From the human T2T-CHM13v2.0 reference genome, Homo sapiens, in the NCBI RefSeq assembly GCF_009914755.1, contig NC_060943.1: a DNA stretch of 64,000 nt; one strand, 5' to 3'. Both the position numbers and the translations under genes were made by a program. Positions 23,467 through 49,254 of this stretch are shown in pieces. How positions within the stretch are numbered: the first letter of the stretch is position 1; every line of letters starts with the position of its first letter. The notes beneath the pieces are model-generated. The model saw nothing but the letters and a program-made list of their open reading frames with translations. It was not told the origin of the DNA and searched no databases.

Positions 23467-24345
23467 AGACAGAGTCTTGCTCTGTCACTAGGCCAGAGTG
23501 CAGTGGCATGATCTTGGCTCGTGGCCCACTGCAACCTCTGCCTCCCTGGTTCAAGCGATTTTCTTGCCTTAGCCTCTCGAGTAGCTGGGACTACAGGCGT
23601 GCACCACCATGCCCAGCTCTTTTTTTCATTTTTAGTAGAGACGGGGTTTCACCATGTTGGCCAGGACGGGGTTTCACCATGTTGGCCAGGATGGTATCGA
23701 TTTCCTGACCTCGTGATCCTCCTACCTTGGCCTCCCAAAGTGTTGGGATTACAGGTGTGAGCCACCGCCCTGGCCTCTGTTTTTTTGAGACAGAGTCTTG
23801 CTCTGTCACCCAGACTGGAGTGCGGTGGTGAGATCTCGGCTCTGCAGCCTCTGTCTCCCAGGTTCAAGCAATCCTCCTGCCTCAGCCTTGTGAGTAGCTG
23901 GGATTACAGGTGTGTGCCACCAGGCTCGGCTGATTTCTTTGTATTAGTAGTAGAGACAGGGTTTCACGGTGTTGGCCAGGCTGGTCTTGAACTCCTGACC
24001 TCAAGGGATCTACCTGCCTCGGCCTCCCAAAGTGCTGGGATTACAGGTGTGAGCCACCGTGCCCGGCTCATGATCCTCCTTCCTCAGCCTCCCGAATAGC
24101 TGGAACTACAGGCACAAGCCCCATGTCTGGCTAATGAAAAACAAATTTTTTTTGAGAGATGGGATCTCACTATGTTGCCCAGACTGATCATGAACTCCTG
24201 GCCTCAGGCATTCCTCCTATCTTGGCCTCCCAAAGTGCTGGGATCACAGGCTTGAGCCACCACGCCGGCCCACTCCTCATCCTTCAGTGGGAAGATTCGG
24301 AGGTATTTTCTGCTTGGTTTCTCAGAGCATCCCCAGCCGTATTGA

Positions 24346-24717
<372 letters not shown>

Positions 24718-24909
24718 TGACTTGGTTCTCTAACTCACTCCTGCTTCCTGGGATCACCTCCCAAATAAACTGCCATCACCCAAGTCATTGTCTCAGAATC
24801 TGCGTTTGGGGAACCCAAGCAAATCTGCCACTCTTCTGTAGATGTTGATGTAGTTTCATATGTATTTCTTTGCCCACAAGACCTTGTTATCTTCTTGGAG
24901 GGCTTATTA

Positions 24910-25263
<354 letters not shown>

Positions 25264-25640
25264 TCAGATTTTCAGCTGATTACAAATCACGCACCCATGA
25301 TCAAATCCAACAAGAGATAGACCCCCTGCCATAAAGGAAGAAGGCTGGCTGGGTGTAGTGGCTTATGACTGCAATCCCAGCGCTTCGGGAGGCTGAGGCA
25401 GGAGGATCTCCGAGGCCAGCAGTTCAAGACCAGCTTGAGCAATATAGCGAGACACCCCCTCATCTCTCCAATAATAATAAAAAAAATTAGCCAGGCATGA
25501 TGGCGCGTGCCTGTAGTCCAATCTACTCGGGAGGCTGAAGTGGGAAGATTGCTCCAGGAGTTCGAGTCTGCAGTTGGCTGAGATCTCGCCACTGCACTCC
25601 AGCCAGGGCGGTAGAGCCAAACCTTGTCTCAATAAAATCT

Positions 25641-25655
25641 CCACAAGGGGGCGCC
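25641..25655 (+). promoter_or_regulatory. Candidate CTCF motif CCACAAGGGGGCGCC
   Basis: Strong match to the CTCF core with the CpG retained. Confidence 0.6.
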
Positions 25656-25671
25656 ATCTACATGATGATAG

Positions 25672-26496
<825 letters not shown>

Positions 26497-27139
26497 GATG
26501 GGATCACAGGCCCCCACCACCACGCCCAGGTAATTTTTTGTATTTTTAGTAGAGACAGGGTTTCACTATGTTGGTCAGGCTGGTCTCGAACTCCTGGCCT
26601 CAGGCAGTCTACCTGCCTTGGCCTCCCAAAGTGCTGGATTACAGGCGTGAGCCACTGCGCCCCGCCAAGATCTTGCATTTCTAACATGTCCAGGAAGCTT
26701 GATGATGCGGATCGAGAAAACACACTTTGGTAGCGAGGGGGCTATGGCCTTAAAGTTGGGTAACTGAAGGGGACTCCCCACCTGGACCCGTTTGCCCTGT
26801 TCCTCAAGCCAGCTCAGGTTAGCATCTTCATTATTTTATTATTTGTATTTTTTTTGAGACAGAGTCTTGTTTTGTCACTCAGGCTGCAGTACAGTGGTGC
26901 AATCTCTGCTCACTGCAGCCTCCACCTCCCGGGTTGAAGTGATTCTCCTGCCTCAGCTTCCTAAATAGCTGGGATTACAGGCACCCGCCACCACTCCCAG
27001 CTAATTTTTGTATTTTTAGTAAAGATGGAGTTTAGCCATGTTGGCCAGGCTGGTCTTGAACTCCTGACCTCAAGTGATCTCCCCACCTCAGCCTCCCAAA
27101 GTGTTGGGATTACAAGCATGTGCCACCATGCCCATCTAA

Positions 27140-27325
<186 letters not shown>

Positions 27326-27929
27326 TAGTAGAGATGGGGTTTCACCATATGAGCCGGGATGGTCTCGATCTCCTGACCTCGTGATCTGCCCGCCTCAGCC
27401 TCCCAAAGTGCTGGGATTAAGGTGTGAGCCACTGTGCCCGGCCAATTTTTGTATTTTTAATCAAGACAGGGTTTCGCCATGTTGGCCAGGCTGGTCTCAA
27501 ACTCAAGGCCTCGAGCAATCCTCCTACCTCGGCCTTCAAAGTGCTGAGATTATAGGTGTGAGTCCCTGCATCTGGTTCTAACTGTATTTTTGTACCCATT
27601 AACCCATTTTTCTTTATGTCTCCCTCCCACCTTCCCTTCTCAGCCTCAGGTAAGCAACATTCGACTAGAATCACACTCTTAAACACTTACAACTTTAGAA
27701 TTAGAGAATTCTAGAATTTTCAGTGTAATAATATCAGCTTCCATTCTGTATTTTTTTTTTTTTTTAGTTGTTTTAGAGACACAGTCTTACTCTGTTGCCC
27801 AGGCTGGAGTGCAGTGGCACAATCACAGCTCACTGCAGCTGGTCGGATAACTCCTGGGCTCAAGTGATTCTTCCACCTCGGCCTCCTGAGTAGCTGGGAC
27901 TACAGGTGTGTGCTACCGTGCCTGGCTAA

Positions 27930-28136
<207 letters not shown>

Positions 28137-28501
28137 TAGTCAGGATGGTCTCGATCTTCTGACCTCATGATCCGCCCACCTTGGCCTCCCAAAGTGTTGG
28201 GATTATAGGCGTGAGCCACCGCGCCCGGCCAAAAACAATTTTTTTCTGTAGAGATGGGGTCATGCTATGTTGGCCTGGCTGGTCTCGAATTCCTGAGCTC
28301 AGTGATCCTCCCACCTCAGCCTCCCAAAGTGCTGGGATTACAGGTATGAACCACCACGCCTGGCCTCCATTCTGCATTCTGTGAGCTTGCACGTCTCATC
28401 TCCACCTACTTTGTTGGTTATGAAGGCTTAGAAGAGCCCCTGGTCCTGAGCAAGCACTATGATTATTACTATTATTTTAAAATTATTATTATTATTTTTG
28501 A

Positions 28502-28630
<129 letters not shown>

Positions 28631-28633
28631 TGA

Positions 28634-29121
<488 letters not shown>

Positions 29122-29737
29122 TGACCACACCCGGCTAATTTCTGTATTTTTAGAAGAGACGGGGTTTCACTATGTTGGCTGCGCTGGTCTCGAACTCCTG
29201 ATCTCGTGATCCGCCCGCCTCGGCCTCCCAAAGTCCTGGGATTACAGGCATGACCCACCGGGCCCAGCCACCCGGCCCTATTTTTATTATTATTGCTGGT
29301 GCTGATGTTTTCTGCCCGCCTTTGAGATGCCCTCAGCTTGGCGCATCCTCCAGCTTCCTCCTGCCTGTATCCCTCCCCCGGTGCTTATTGCGGCCTCTGG
29401 GCCTTACTCAGACCCCCCGTGGTGCTAGAGTTTCTGGTAAGTTGGTCAGGCCAGGGTCGGATAACTGCATGGGCACAAGCATTGCCGCTGATGAGCCCAC
29501 CACATCCTGCCTCAAAAGCCACTGTGGCCACAGCTGAGGAACCCTCGTGCCAAGGGAGGGGAGGGTGGTGAGTGGTGGTCAACCAGCCCAGTTTGGCTGG
29601 TTCTGGGCTTCCTGTGGCCGCTGGCAAGCTGGTGGCTGGGCACAGCTGCTTCTCCTTGGGATGTGGTAGCTGCAGCCGCCTGCTCAGTCCATCCTTCCTG
29701 ATGGGGGTTGGCATTGCACGGTGCGATGGGTTTGTGA

Positions 29738-30523
<786 letters not shown>

Positions 30524-30857
30524 TGATCCGTCCGCCTAGGCCTCCCAAAGTGCTGGAATTACAGGCGTGAGCCACTGCGCCCAGCATAAAAAAAGGACTT
30601 CTATTGATATATAAAAATACAGACAGAAGAGTTCACCAATAATAAGCTTAAAGAATTTTTACAGCTGAATATCCCTGTGTAACCAACACTCAGATCAAGA
30701 AAAAGACTTTTCCCAGCATCCAGACCCCCGCCTTCCGTTTTTACCCCTCAAAAATAACTTCTTTCCTGGCTTATAACATCGAAGTCTAGTTTTGTGTGTT
30801 CTTGATTTTTTTTTTTTTTTGAGTTGGAATCTTGCTCTGTCACCCAGGTTGGAGTGA

Positions 30858-31106
<249 letters not shown>

Positions 31107-31213
31107 TGAGATCTTTTACAATCTGTTTTTTTGGTACTAAGTCTTTGAAATCCAGTATGTGTGTCATTTTCACGGCCCATGTTAATATGGACTCACTGTA
31201 TTTCAAGCACTCA

Positions 31214-31590
<377 letters not shown>

Positions 31591-32152
31591 TCAAAAAAAA
31601 AAAAAAGTTACCAACATAAAAAATGGTGTGTACACACTCTGTCCTGCAATTTCATTTCTAGAGAGTCATCTACCATAAATACTTGTACATGCATACGAGA
31701 ATATATATACAAAGGTGCTCATTATATTATAACCCAAAATATTGGAAACCACCTAAAATTTCACCATTAGGGAGGTGATTGAGTAAGCAAATTTAAAACT
31801 AACAACAGACTTCTTCTTCTTTTCCTTCTTCTTTTTTTTTTTTCTTTTGAGACGGTGTCTCGCTCTGTCGCCCAAGCTGGAGTGCAATGGCGCGGTCTCG
31901 GCTCACTTCAACCTCCACCTCCTGGTTCACACGATTTTCCTGCCTCAGCCTCCCAAGCAGCTGGGATTACAGGCGTGTGCCACCACGCCTGGCTAATTTT
32001 TGTATTTTTAGTAGAGACAGGGTTTCACCATGTTGGCCAGGCTGGTCTCGAACTGCTGACCTCGTGATCCACCTGCCTCGGCCTCCCAAAGTGCTGGGAT
32101 TACAGGCGTGAGCCACCGCATCCGGCCTTCTTCTTCTTCTTTTCTTTTTTGA

Positions 32153-32458
<306 letters not shown>

Positions 32459-32888
32459 TAAAACAGAACAAAGTGTTTTAAAATGTATTTACAAAAACAT
32501 CATTCTGACGCCAGGTGCAGTGGCTCTTGCCTGCAATCCCAACACTTTGGGAGGCTGAGGTGAGAGGATTACTTGAGCCCAGGAGTTCGAGACAAGCCTG
32601 GGCAACATAGTGAGACCCCCGACTCTACAAAAAATAATAAAACCAAAATGAAAACCAAAACGTTATCCAGAAAAACAAAGTGATAAAGTACATTACTGGG
32701 GCCCAGCATGGTGGCTCACACCTGTAATCCTAGCACTTTGGGAGGTCGAGGTGGGAGGATCACCTGAGGTCAGGAGTTCGAGACCAGCCTGGCCGACATG
32801 GCGAAACCCCATCTCTACTAAAAATACAAAAATTTGGTGGCTCATGCCTGTAATCCCAGCACTTCGGGAGGCCAAGGCGGGCGGATCA

Positions 32889-33392
<504 letters not shown>

Positions 33393-33503
33393 TCAGAGAA
33401 TATCCTGTCATAACCGCAATATAAGAGATACACAGTAACAAATTTATGGTAAAGGAGCATGATGTTTCCAAAGTACTCTCAAATGATTCCAGGAAAAACA
33501 TAA

Positions 33504-33797
<294 letters not shown>

Positions 33798-34156
33798 TGA
33801 ACTCCTGACTTTCAGGTGATCCACCCGCCTTAGCCTCCCAAAGTGCTGGGATTACAGGCGTCAGCCACCGTGCCCGGCCTCTGTCTTTTTTTTTTTTTTT
33901 TTTCGAGACAGGGTCTTGCTCTTTTGTCCAGGTTGCAGTGCAGTGGCACAATCATAGGTCACTGCAGCCTCGACCTCCTGGGCTCAGGTGATCCTCCTGC
34001 CTCTGCCTCCTAAGTAGCTAGGACTATAGGTGTGCTCCACCACACCTGGATAATTTTTTGTGTTTTGTAGAGATGGGGGTTTCACTATGTTACTTAGGCT
34101 GGTCTGGAACTCCTGGACTCCAGTGATCTTCCCACCATGGCCTCCCAAAATGCTAG

Positions 34157-34447
<291 letters not shown>

Positions 34448-34734
34448 TGATCTTCCCTCCTCAGCTTCCCAAAGTGCTGGGATTACAGGCGGGAGCCAAC
34501 GCACCCGGCCGCTTTTACTATTCTTGCAACTTTTTTCATTTGACATTCCATCGAAATAAAAAGTTAAAAAAATTCTTTTTCTTCTGAGGGGGTGTTTTAT
34601 CAAGGACACCTTTATCAAGGGTCCCGGGCCTAAAAATGTTAAGAACCCATGATTTACGGCTGAGGAGGCAACTTCCATCCAAAATCCTAAAAGTCAAGTT
34701 CCTGTGACCTGGCTTCCTGAACCTCCCCGCTCCT

Positions 34735-34748
34735 GCGCCCCCTGGAGG
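34735..34748 (-). promoter_or_regulatory. Candidate CTCF motif CCTCCAGGGGGCGC (reverse orientation)
   Basis: Near-consensus CTCF core within a CpG-retaining unique island at 34560-35050. Confidence 0.7.
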
Positions 34749-34946
34749 TCAGGGCTAGAACAACACGGCATTCCTATAATGCTCCAAATCGCCGCAAATC
34801 GACCTTGGAAATCCTGGGTGAGTAACGCACACTGCGCACATGGCTTCAATTAGCGGAACGAAAACTTGCTGAACATCGTGTACCCGCGTGTCCATGGCCA
34901 AACACAAACTCCACCTTTGTAAAAGTCTAGGTGAATTCCCAGCTGA

Positions 34947-35469
<523 letters not shown>

Positions 35470-36406
35470 TAGCCAGGATAGTCTCAATCTCTTGAACTGG
35501 TGATCTGCCTGCCTCGGCTTCCCAAAGTGCTGGGATTACAGGCATGAGGACCGCACCCGGCCGAAAACCAGATTTTTAAAAATTGAAGTTTGCTGTAGAA
35601 AAATACTGTGGGAGAAAGTTGTGGGTGGTGTTTTGTAGAGTCGCAGAAGGACATGGGAAAAAAAAATTGAGTGTGTTTCTGTAATCATCATAACAATCAC
35701 ACTCATTGTGCCGTAGGCTCCAAGGGAGGGCTCTTGAGCTGTGGTTACCAGATAAAATACAAGATTCTCAGGTAAAATGTGAAAAAAAAAATATTTTTGT
35801 GATCTTAACTCACTGCAGTCTTGATCTCCTGGGCTGAAGTGATCCTCCTGCCTCAGCCTCCCAGGTAGCTGGGACCACAGACACGTGCCACCATGCCCTG
35901 CTAATTTTTAATTTATTTTGTTGTGATGGGATCTCACTATGTTGCCCAGGCTGCTCTCAAACTCCTGGCCTCAAGCGATCTTTCCTCGGTGTCCCCATGC
36001 CCTGGGATTACAGGTATGAAGCACCAGGCCCAACCCTGAAATTTAAAGTTAACTGGGCAGTCTGTAATGTGTTTTTGTTTGTGTAGGTGTGTGTGCTAAA
36101 TCAGGCAACCCCCTATTCTGAGCAGAGGAGTGCTTTGATCTGACTTAGATTTTAATAGGCTCCCTCTGGTTGCTGGTGGAGATGAGACTACGGAGAGGGG
36201 GCAGTGAAGATCCCAGAGAGGAGGCTGCTGTAATGGTCCAAGCAGAAGGTGATAGTGATTTGGATCAGGGTAACAGAGCCGAGGTGGTGAGAGGCTGACA
36301 GGTCATGCATCTATTTCGAAGGAAAGGCCATGTCCAGGCTCCTTAGCTCGGCATTCAAGGCTTCTCTCCACCACTGGACACACTTACTCTCTAGCTTCTC
36401 AGACCC

Positions 36407-37170
<764 letters not shown>

Positions 37171-37209
37171 TAGGCTCCTTCCTTGCCCCAGGCTCTAGGA
37201 AGTATCTTA

Positions 37210-37912
<703 letters not shown>

Positions 37913-38208
37913 AGATGGAGATGGTTGTGGCTTGTGTAGTTGGGGGACAGGGTAGCTCCATTTTCTATTGCCAACTTTATAACCCTAGAAGGATGATTTT
38001 TTTCTTTTCTTTTCTTTTTCTTTTCTTTTTTTTGTTTTTGAGATTGAGTCTTGGTGTTGTCAGCCTGGGCTGGAGTGCAATGGTGCAATCTCTGCTCACT
38101 GCAACCTCCGCCTCCTGGGTTCCAGCAATTCTCCTGCCTCAGCCTTCTGAGTAGCTGAGATTACAGGCACCCACCACCACGCCTGGCTAATTTTTGTATT
38201 TTTAGTAG

Positions 38209-38545
<337 letters not shown>

Positions 38546-38656
38546 TAGAAGGAAGATTTAACAGTAAAATATACTTAAATGCTGGGCTACCTCCGCAGAC
38601 TAGCTCAGCCTCTTTGGGTCTCAAATCAGCCTGGCCGGGAGGCTGAGTGGAGGTTA

Positions 38657-39037
<381 letters not shown>

Positions 39038-39119
39038 CTATCAAAAAAAAAAAAAAAAAAAAATGAGAGAGAAGAGATGGCCCCAAATAGGGAAACCAAG
39101 GCCAGGAGAGGGGCCGAGC

Positions 39120-39340
39120 CTGCACAGGAGCTTCCTCGGTTTTCCGAGCGCCGGCCCCCCTTCTCTGCCTGGGAGGAGGTGGTTAGAGTCCCCTGGGTGT
39201 GTGCCCCGCAGAGGGAGCTCTGGCCTCAGTGCCCAGTGTGCAGACCAATGAGAGCCCCAGAGAGAAAGACGGTCATTTCCTCCCTGCATCTTCCCTTGGG
39301 GCTTTAAAAACCACAGCCCTTGGGCAGGAGGGACCTTCGA
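39120..39340 (+). promoter_or_regulatory. C5AR1: C5AR1 proximal promoter
   Basis: CCAAT at 39245-39249, TATA-like TTTAAAAA at 39303-39310 and TTCC (ETS-like) cores, directly upstream of the ATG exon. Confidence 0.75.
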
Positions 39341-39367
39341 TCCTCGGGGAGCCCAGGAGACCAGAAC

Positions 39368-39370
39368 ATG
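39368..39370 (+). CDS. C5AR1: C5AR1 exon 1 coding part (initiator ATG only)
   Basis: CAGAACATG|GTGAGT: A at -3 and a perfect donor; supplies the Met missing from exon 2 to give 350 aa. Confidence 0.93.
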
Positions 39371-40987
39371 GTGAGTCTCAAAGGGGAATGGGAGCAGGAA
39401 ACTTTGTCCTGGGTCCCTCCCATCTTTGCTCCAGTGGGTCCTTCTCTCTCCCCAACTCTCGCCGTCAACTCTGTCTGTCTCTCCCTTTCCTTCTCTCTCC
39501 CTGTCTTCCACCTCCCACCTTCCCTCTCTCCTGCATCCCAGGCTCTCACACTCCAGGGCTGGGATGTGGCCATGGGAATAAGATTGTCAAGATTGTGGGA
39601 GCAACAGCAACCTCGTGGGGCTGGGGCCCGAGAAGATTCCCCAGGGGAGGGGACCCTTGAGTTGGGTCTAGTAAGGTGACTAAGAATTCCACAAGCAGCC
39701 GAGCGCAGTGGGTCACACCTGTGATCCCAGCACATTGGGGATTGTGCCAAGGCGGGAGGATTGCTTGAGGCCAGGAGTTCAAGACCAGCCTGGCCAACAT
39801 AGTGAGACCCTGTCTGTATTTTTTTTTTTATTTAAAGAATTCCACAAGTGAAGAAATCTAGAACAGGCCTTCCAGGCAGTGGGAATGGCAGAGAAAATGT
39901 TGGGAGGCTGGAAAGAACCAGTTTGGAGGAATGGTCAAGTTACTCAGATGCTCTTGCAGATAGATGTTCTTTTCTTTTTCGACTTGGGGTCTTGCACTGT
40001 TGCCCAGGCTGGAGTGCAGTGGCACCATCATAGCTCACTGCAGTCTTGAACTCTTGGGCTCAAGTGATCCTCCCTCTTTAGCCTCCTGAGTATCTGGGAC
40101 CACAGGCATGCACCACTATGTCCGGCTAATTTTTAAAATTTTTATTCTTGTAGAGATGGGTTCTTGCTATGTTGTCAGGGCTGGTCTCAAATTCCTGGCC
40201 TCAAGCCATCCTCCCACCTTGGTCTCCCAAAGCTCTGGGATTACTGGCATGAGGCCATTATGCCTGGTCGTTTGAGATGTTCTGCATGACAGAGATGGGG
40301 AAACTGAGGCCCAGGCAGGAGCAGAGATGGATGGGGACCCTCCATGGTTGGTGGCAGAAGCAGGTTATGCCATGGATTCTGTGAGTGTCAGAAGGAATGC
40401 ACCCCAGGCTAAATGAGGGTCCCTGTCATCCCTGCGTCTGGAGGCCTGGGCACTGAGCCAGCAGAGCTGCGATTCAGCACCTGCTGTAACACAGGCATTG
40501 CCTTGCTTCATCTGTGTCAAAGAGGAAACGGAAGATGGTTTGGATGGACCAGGGAGGGGTCTGATGTTGCTTCATTCCTGCATTCCACCCTTGAGATCCG
40601 ACTTGGGCAAACGGGACTCTCTGATTCTTCTTCTTCTTTTTTTTTTTCTTTCCAAAACATTTTCCAAAGTACCAAATGATACTTGGTAAAAACTCATTCT
40701 CGGCCAGGCGCGGTGGCTCATGCGTGTAATCCCAGCACTTTGGGAGACTGAGGCGGGCGGATCACAAGGTCAGGAGATTGAGACCATCCTGGCCAACATG
40801 GTGAAACTCCGTCTCTACCAAAACTACAAAAATTAGCTGGGCATATAAGCGGGCGCCTGTAGTCCCAGCACTTGAGAGGCTGAGGCACGACAATCGCTTG
40901 AACCCATGAGGCAGAGGTTGCAGTGAGCCGAGATTGCTCTACTGCACTCCAGCCTGGCAACAGGGCCATCTCAAAAAACAAACATAG

Positions 40988-41446
<459 letters not shown>

Positions 41447-41468
41447 TAGGGAACAAAGTAAGGACTAG

Positions 41469-41873
<405 letters not shown>

Positions 41874-43001
41874 TAAGGTGAAGATAATACTAGAATCTAC
41901 ATCATAGGCTAGTTGAGAGAATTGACTGACTGAATGCATGAAAAGTTCTTGTAGCAGTGCCTGGTATACAGTTGGCGCTCAATGTGGGTGACATTTCTAT
42001 CCTTTCCCAGCCTTATAAATGGCAGTATGTTTTGTACAGTACTCTACATCTGGCTTTTTTAAATGAATAACATATAGTATTATTAACTAGCATTTATTGA
42101 GTGCTTACTGCATACCAGGCGTTGTATTAGGCATTCATTAATTTCCCCTTAACCTTGAGGAAGGTACTTCATTCCCGTGTAGTTCAAGGGAGTTGCCTCC
42201 TCCTCCTCCTCCTTTTTTTCTTTTTTCTAGACAGGGTCTACTGAGGTCTTCCACCTCAGCCTCCTGAGTAGGTGGGACTACAGGTGCATGCCACCACACC
42301 CAGCTAGATTTAAAATTTTTTGTAGAGGTGGGGTCTTGCTATGTTGCCCAGCCTGGTGCTTCTTTCTTTCTTTTATCAGCTGAGTAATATGCTAGTAGGA
42401 GGTTTCATCCCCTTCAATGGAAATTTAGTTTGCTTCTAATATTTGGTCTGTTTTGTTTTGTTTTGAGACAGAGTCTCGCTCTGTCACCCAGCCTGGAGGG
42501 CAGTGGTGCAGTCTTGGCTCACTGCACCTCTGCCTCCTGGATTCTGGTGATTCTCCTGCCTCGGCCTCCCAAGTAGCTGGTATCACAGGTGCGTGCCACC
42601 ACACACGGCTAATTTTTGTATTTTATTTTAGTAGAGACGGGATTTCACCATGTTGGCCAGGCTGGTCTCGAACTCCTGACCTCGTGATCCACCCGCCTCA
42701 GCCTCCCAAAGTGCTGGGATTATAGGCGTGAGCCACCGCGCCTGGCGTCCAGCCACATTCTTTAACTCAGCATCTGCAGACCTTCCAGTCCTATCTTGGC
42801 CGCCTGCCAGCCATGCTGACCTTTCGTTTCTGCTGTGCACCACCTGCCCTTCCTCTCTCCTTTCTGCCTAGAATGCATGCCCCCCCACTCCCAATGCACT
42901 TTAGGCCTGCCTGGTAGCCACTCAAACAGAGGGCTCTGGGCTGGGCGCGGTGGCTCATGCCTGTAATCCCAGCACTTTGGGAGGCTGAGGTGGGTGGATC
43001 A

Positions 43002-43313
<312 letters not shown>

Positions 43314-43888
43314 TCATTTCTCTGTAGCCTCATTTTTCTCTTCTGGAAAATGAGTGTTGCTGTTGCAACAAGTAAGTCTCCTAGGGTTGCTTTGTGGGTT
43401 CAATGAGATAATACACGAGAAAGGCTCAGGACAGCCTGGCAATGATTATGGCTGTTCTTGTAGGTACTGCGCCTTCTCCTTCACCCTGTTCTCATCCGAT
43501 CGTTCACATCTTGCGGCCAGCACCCTTGTCTAAGCCACCGTCATGCCTCACGTCACCTGGACAGTTCCAATCTCCGTTTCCTCCCAGCTTCTGCTCTCTG
43601 CCCCTTTCTCCATGCAACAGACAAGGGTTGTTCCTCTAATGAGCATGTGAATTTAGGAAGAATAATAGTACCCTGCCCTTTGTGCTATTGTCACATAGAT
43701 ATGCACTGTGATTAGGAAATTACTAAGCCAACACCTGGGAAGCACATGGAATAGTGCCGGGCAATTAGAACCCCCAGAGTGGCCCTGGACCTGCACTGCC
43801 CAATATGTGGGCCACGTGCCACAATGCAGCTACCTACGTTTATTTTTCACTATTTTATTTTATTTTACTTTATTTATTTTATTTTTGA

Positions 43889-44502
<614 letters not shown>

Positions 44503-45375
44503 TAAACATTCTTTTTGTCTGTTTTTTTCCTTTTTGTAGGGATAGGGTCTTGCTAGGTTACCCAGGCTGATCTTGAACTCCTGGGCTCAAGCAATCCCCC
44601 TGCTTCAGCCTCCCAAAGTGCTAGGATTACAGGCATGAGCCACTGCACCTGGCCAACTTTTCCATTCTTTTTGATAGCTGTGTAGTATTCTGTTGCCTGG
44701 ATGTACCATCATTAATTTAGCCAGTCCCCTCTTGCTGGACATGTCAGTTATTTCCAGTCTTTGGAGAGGTGCTGCAGTGGCAAACTTTGCAAGCCGTTTG
44801 CGTCTGAAGATCCCGGAAACCACAGGACGTTGGAATCAGCGTATTTTTTCTGCCTTTCTGAAGTCAACCAGAGGAAAGGACTGAGTGAGCTCATGGCAGG
44901 AACGGAGCTTTGTCAGCTGATGAGGGAGTGACAAGGCGATGTCAGAGCAGAGGGTGGGGAGGCTCCCCTTACGAGGGTCTGAGTCATTCTGCAGTCAAGG
45001 ATTGCTGGGAGCTTGCGAAACCAGCAGAGGCAAAATTTACCTTCATGCGTCACAGCCAAAGGGAACATTCAAAATATTTAACAATGTGCTAAAGTGCAGA
45101 GGTCCCCTGGGCAGGGTCTAGGGCCTCCTGCTGCACCTAGCATTAACTCTTTAGTGACATGAACATGGCGACCTGGAGTGGGGGTGTCCCAGAGTAGGAA
45201 ACAGGAACTTAGGGTGCTGGGAGCGGGCAATAGAAGAAGTGGGTGGCTGAGGGCAGGGGCTGTTTACCAGTGAAAATATTTTTAAAAATGTTAACCTTCT
45301 ATTTGGAAATATTTTCAAACTTACGGAAAAATGACAAGAATGGAACAGGCTCATATACATATACATTTTACCTAG

Positions 45376-46074
<699 letters not shown>

Positions 46075-46664
46075 TAATTTTTGTATTTTTAATGGCCTTT
46101 TGTGACTGGCTTCTTTCACTTAGCATCATGTTTTCAAGATTCATCCACATTGCAGCATGTGTCAGCACTTCCTTTTCATAGCTGAGTAATATTCCACCAC
46201 GTGGCTAAACCCCACCTTTTTCATTCACTCATTAGCAGATACTGACATCTTATCTTTCAATAATTTACTCATGGATATGATTCCACCAGTAAATGCCCAC
46301 TGCCCATAGCCTGGCTAACCTTGGGCAGGTGCAATGTAAGGGAACTAGAAAAAAAAAAACAAAACTATCCAGGCATGGTGGCTTACATCTGTAATCTCAG
46401 CACTTTGGGAGTTCAAGGCAGGAGGGTTGCTTGAAGTTAGGAGTTTGAGACCAGCCTGTGCAACAAAGCGAGACCCATCTCTACCAAAAAAAAAAAAGAA
46501 AAAAAATACAAAAATTAGCTGGGTGTGGTGGTGCACAATTGTAGTCCTAGCTACTCAAGAGGCTGAGGCAGGAGGATTGCTTGAGCCAGAGGGGCTGGGG
46601 TGACAGTGATCCATGATTGCACCACTGCACATAAGCCTGGGTGACAGATCAAGACCCCGTCTCA

Positions 46665-46811
<147 letters not shown>

Positions 46812-46978
46812 TTAAAAAAACATTAAAAATTAGCTGGGCACAGTAGTATGCACCTGTAGTCCCAGCTGCTTGGGAGGCTGAGGCAAGAGGATCACTTGAG
46901 CCTGAGAAGTCAAGGCTGCAGTGAGCCAAGATCACACCCCTGAGCTACAGCCTGGGTGACAGAGTGAGACTCAGTCTC

Positions 46979-47009
<31 letters not shown>

Positions 47010-47347
47010 CTGGTTCAGGGATGTGGATCTGAGCTCTTCAATAACTGACAAATAATAATACCAATGGCTGCCACTTCTTGTCCTCTTCTCTGTGTCAGGC
47101 GCTGTGCTAGGTGCTTAGGCATTTTTCATCTTATTTAATCTTTGAGGTGAGTGTTTTAAAGGTAGAAAAACCAGGCCGGGTGTGGTGGCTCATGCCTGTA
47201 ATCCCAGCATTTTGGGAGGCCAAGGCAGGCAGATCACGAGGTCAGGAGTTCGAGACCAGCCTGACCAACATGGTGGAACCCTGTCTCTACTAAAAATACA
47301 AAAATTAGCAGGGTGTGGTGGCAGGTGCCTTTAGTCCCAGCTACTCA

Positions 47348-47575
<228 letters not shown>

Positions 47576-47694
47576 TCAAAGTGGCCTTCAGGACTGGGCT
47601 AGCTCCATAGGTCACAAAACTCACCTCTTGGAAATGGTCAGGGGCAGCCTGTCTGGTTTGCATTCCAGCCCGTATGGGTTCACATCCTCTCTGA

Positions 47695-48593
<899 letters not shown>

Positions 48594-48762
48594 TGATCCA
48601 CCCACCTCGGCCTCCCAAAGTGCTGGATTACAGGTGTGAGCCACCGTGCCCGGCCAGTAGGGCTAGACTTTGACGTTAGGCTGCTGGATCGTGGGGAAGC
48701 CCAGGGGCTTCGCAGGATGGGACTGAGGGGAGAGGTGGCAGACTGGCAAGGGGTCCAACTAG

Positions 48763-49110
<348 letters not shown>

Positions 49111-49254
49111 TAGTTGACTCTCAGCCCTCAGCATCCCCATTTCCTAGTGAGAAAAAGCCACACAGGGGAAAAGCCACATGCCTGAGCCAGGATGCCCCCT
49201 ACCCGGGCACATGTCTGCAGACTCATCCTCTCTGCTCTCTCCGATTCCCCTTAG

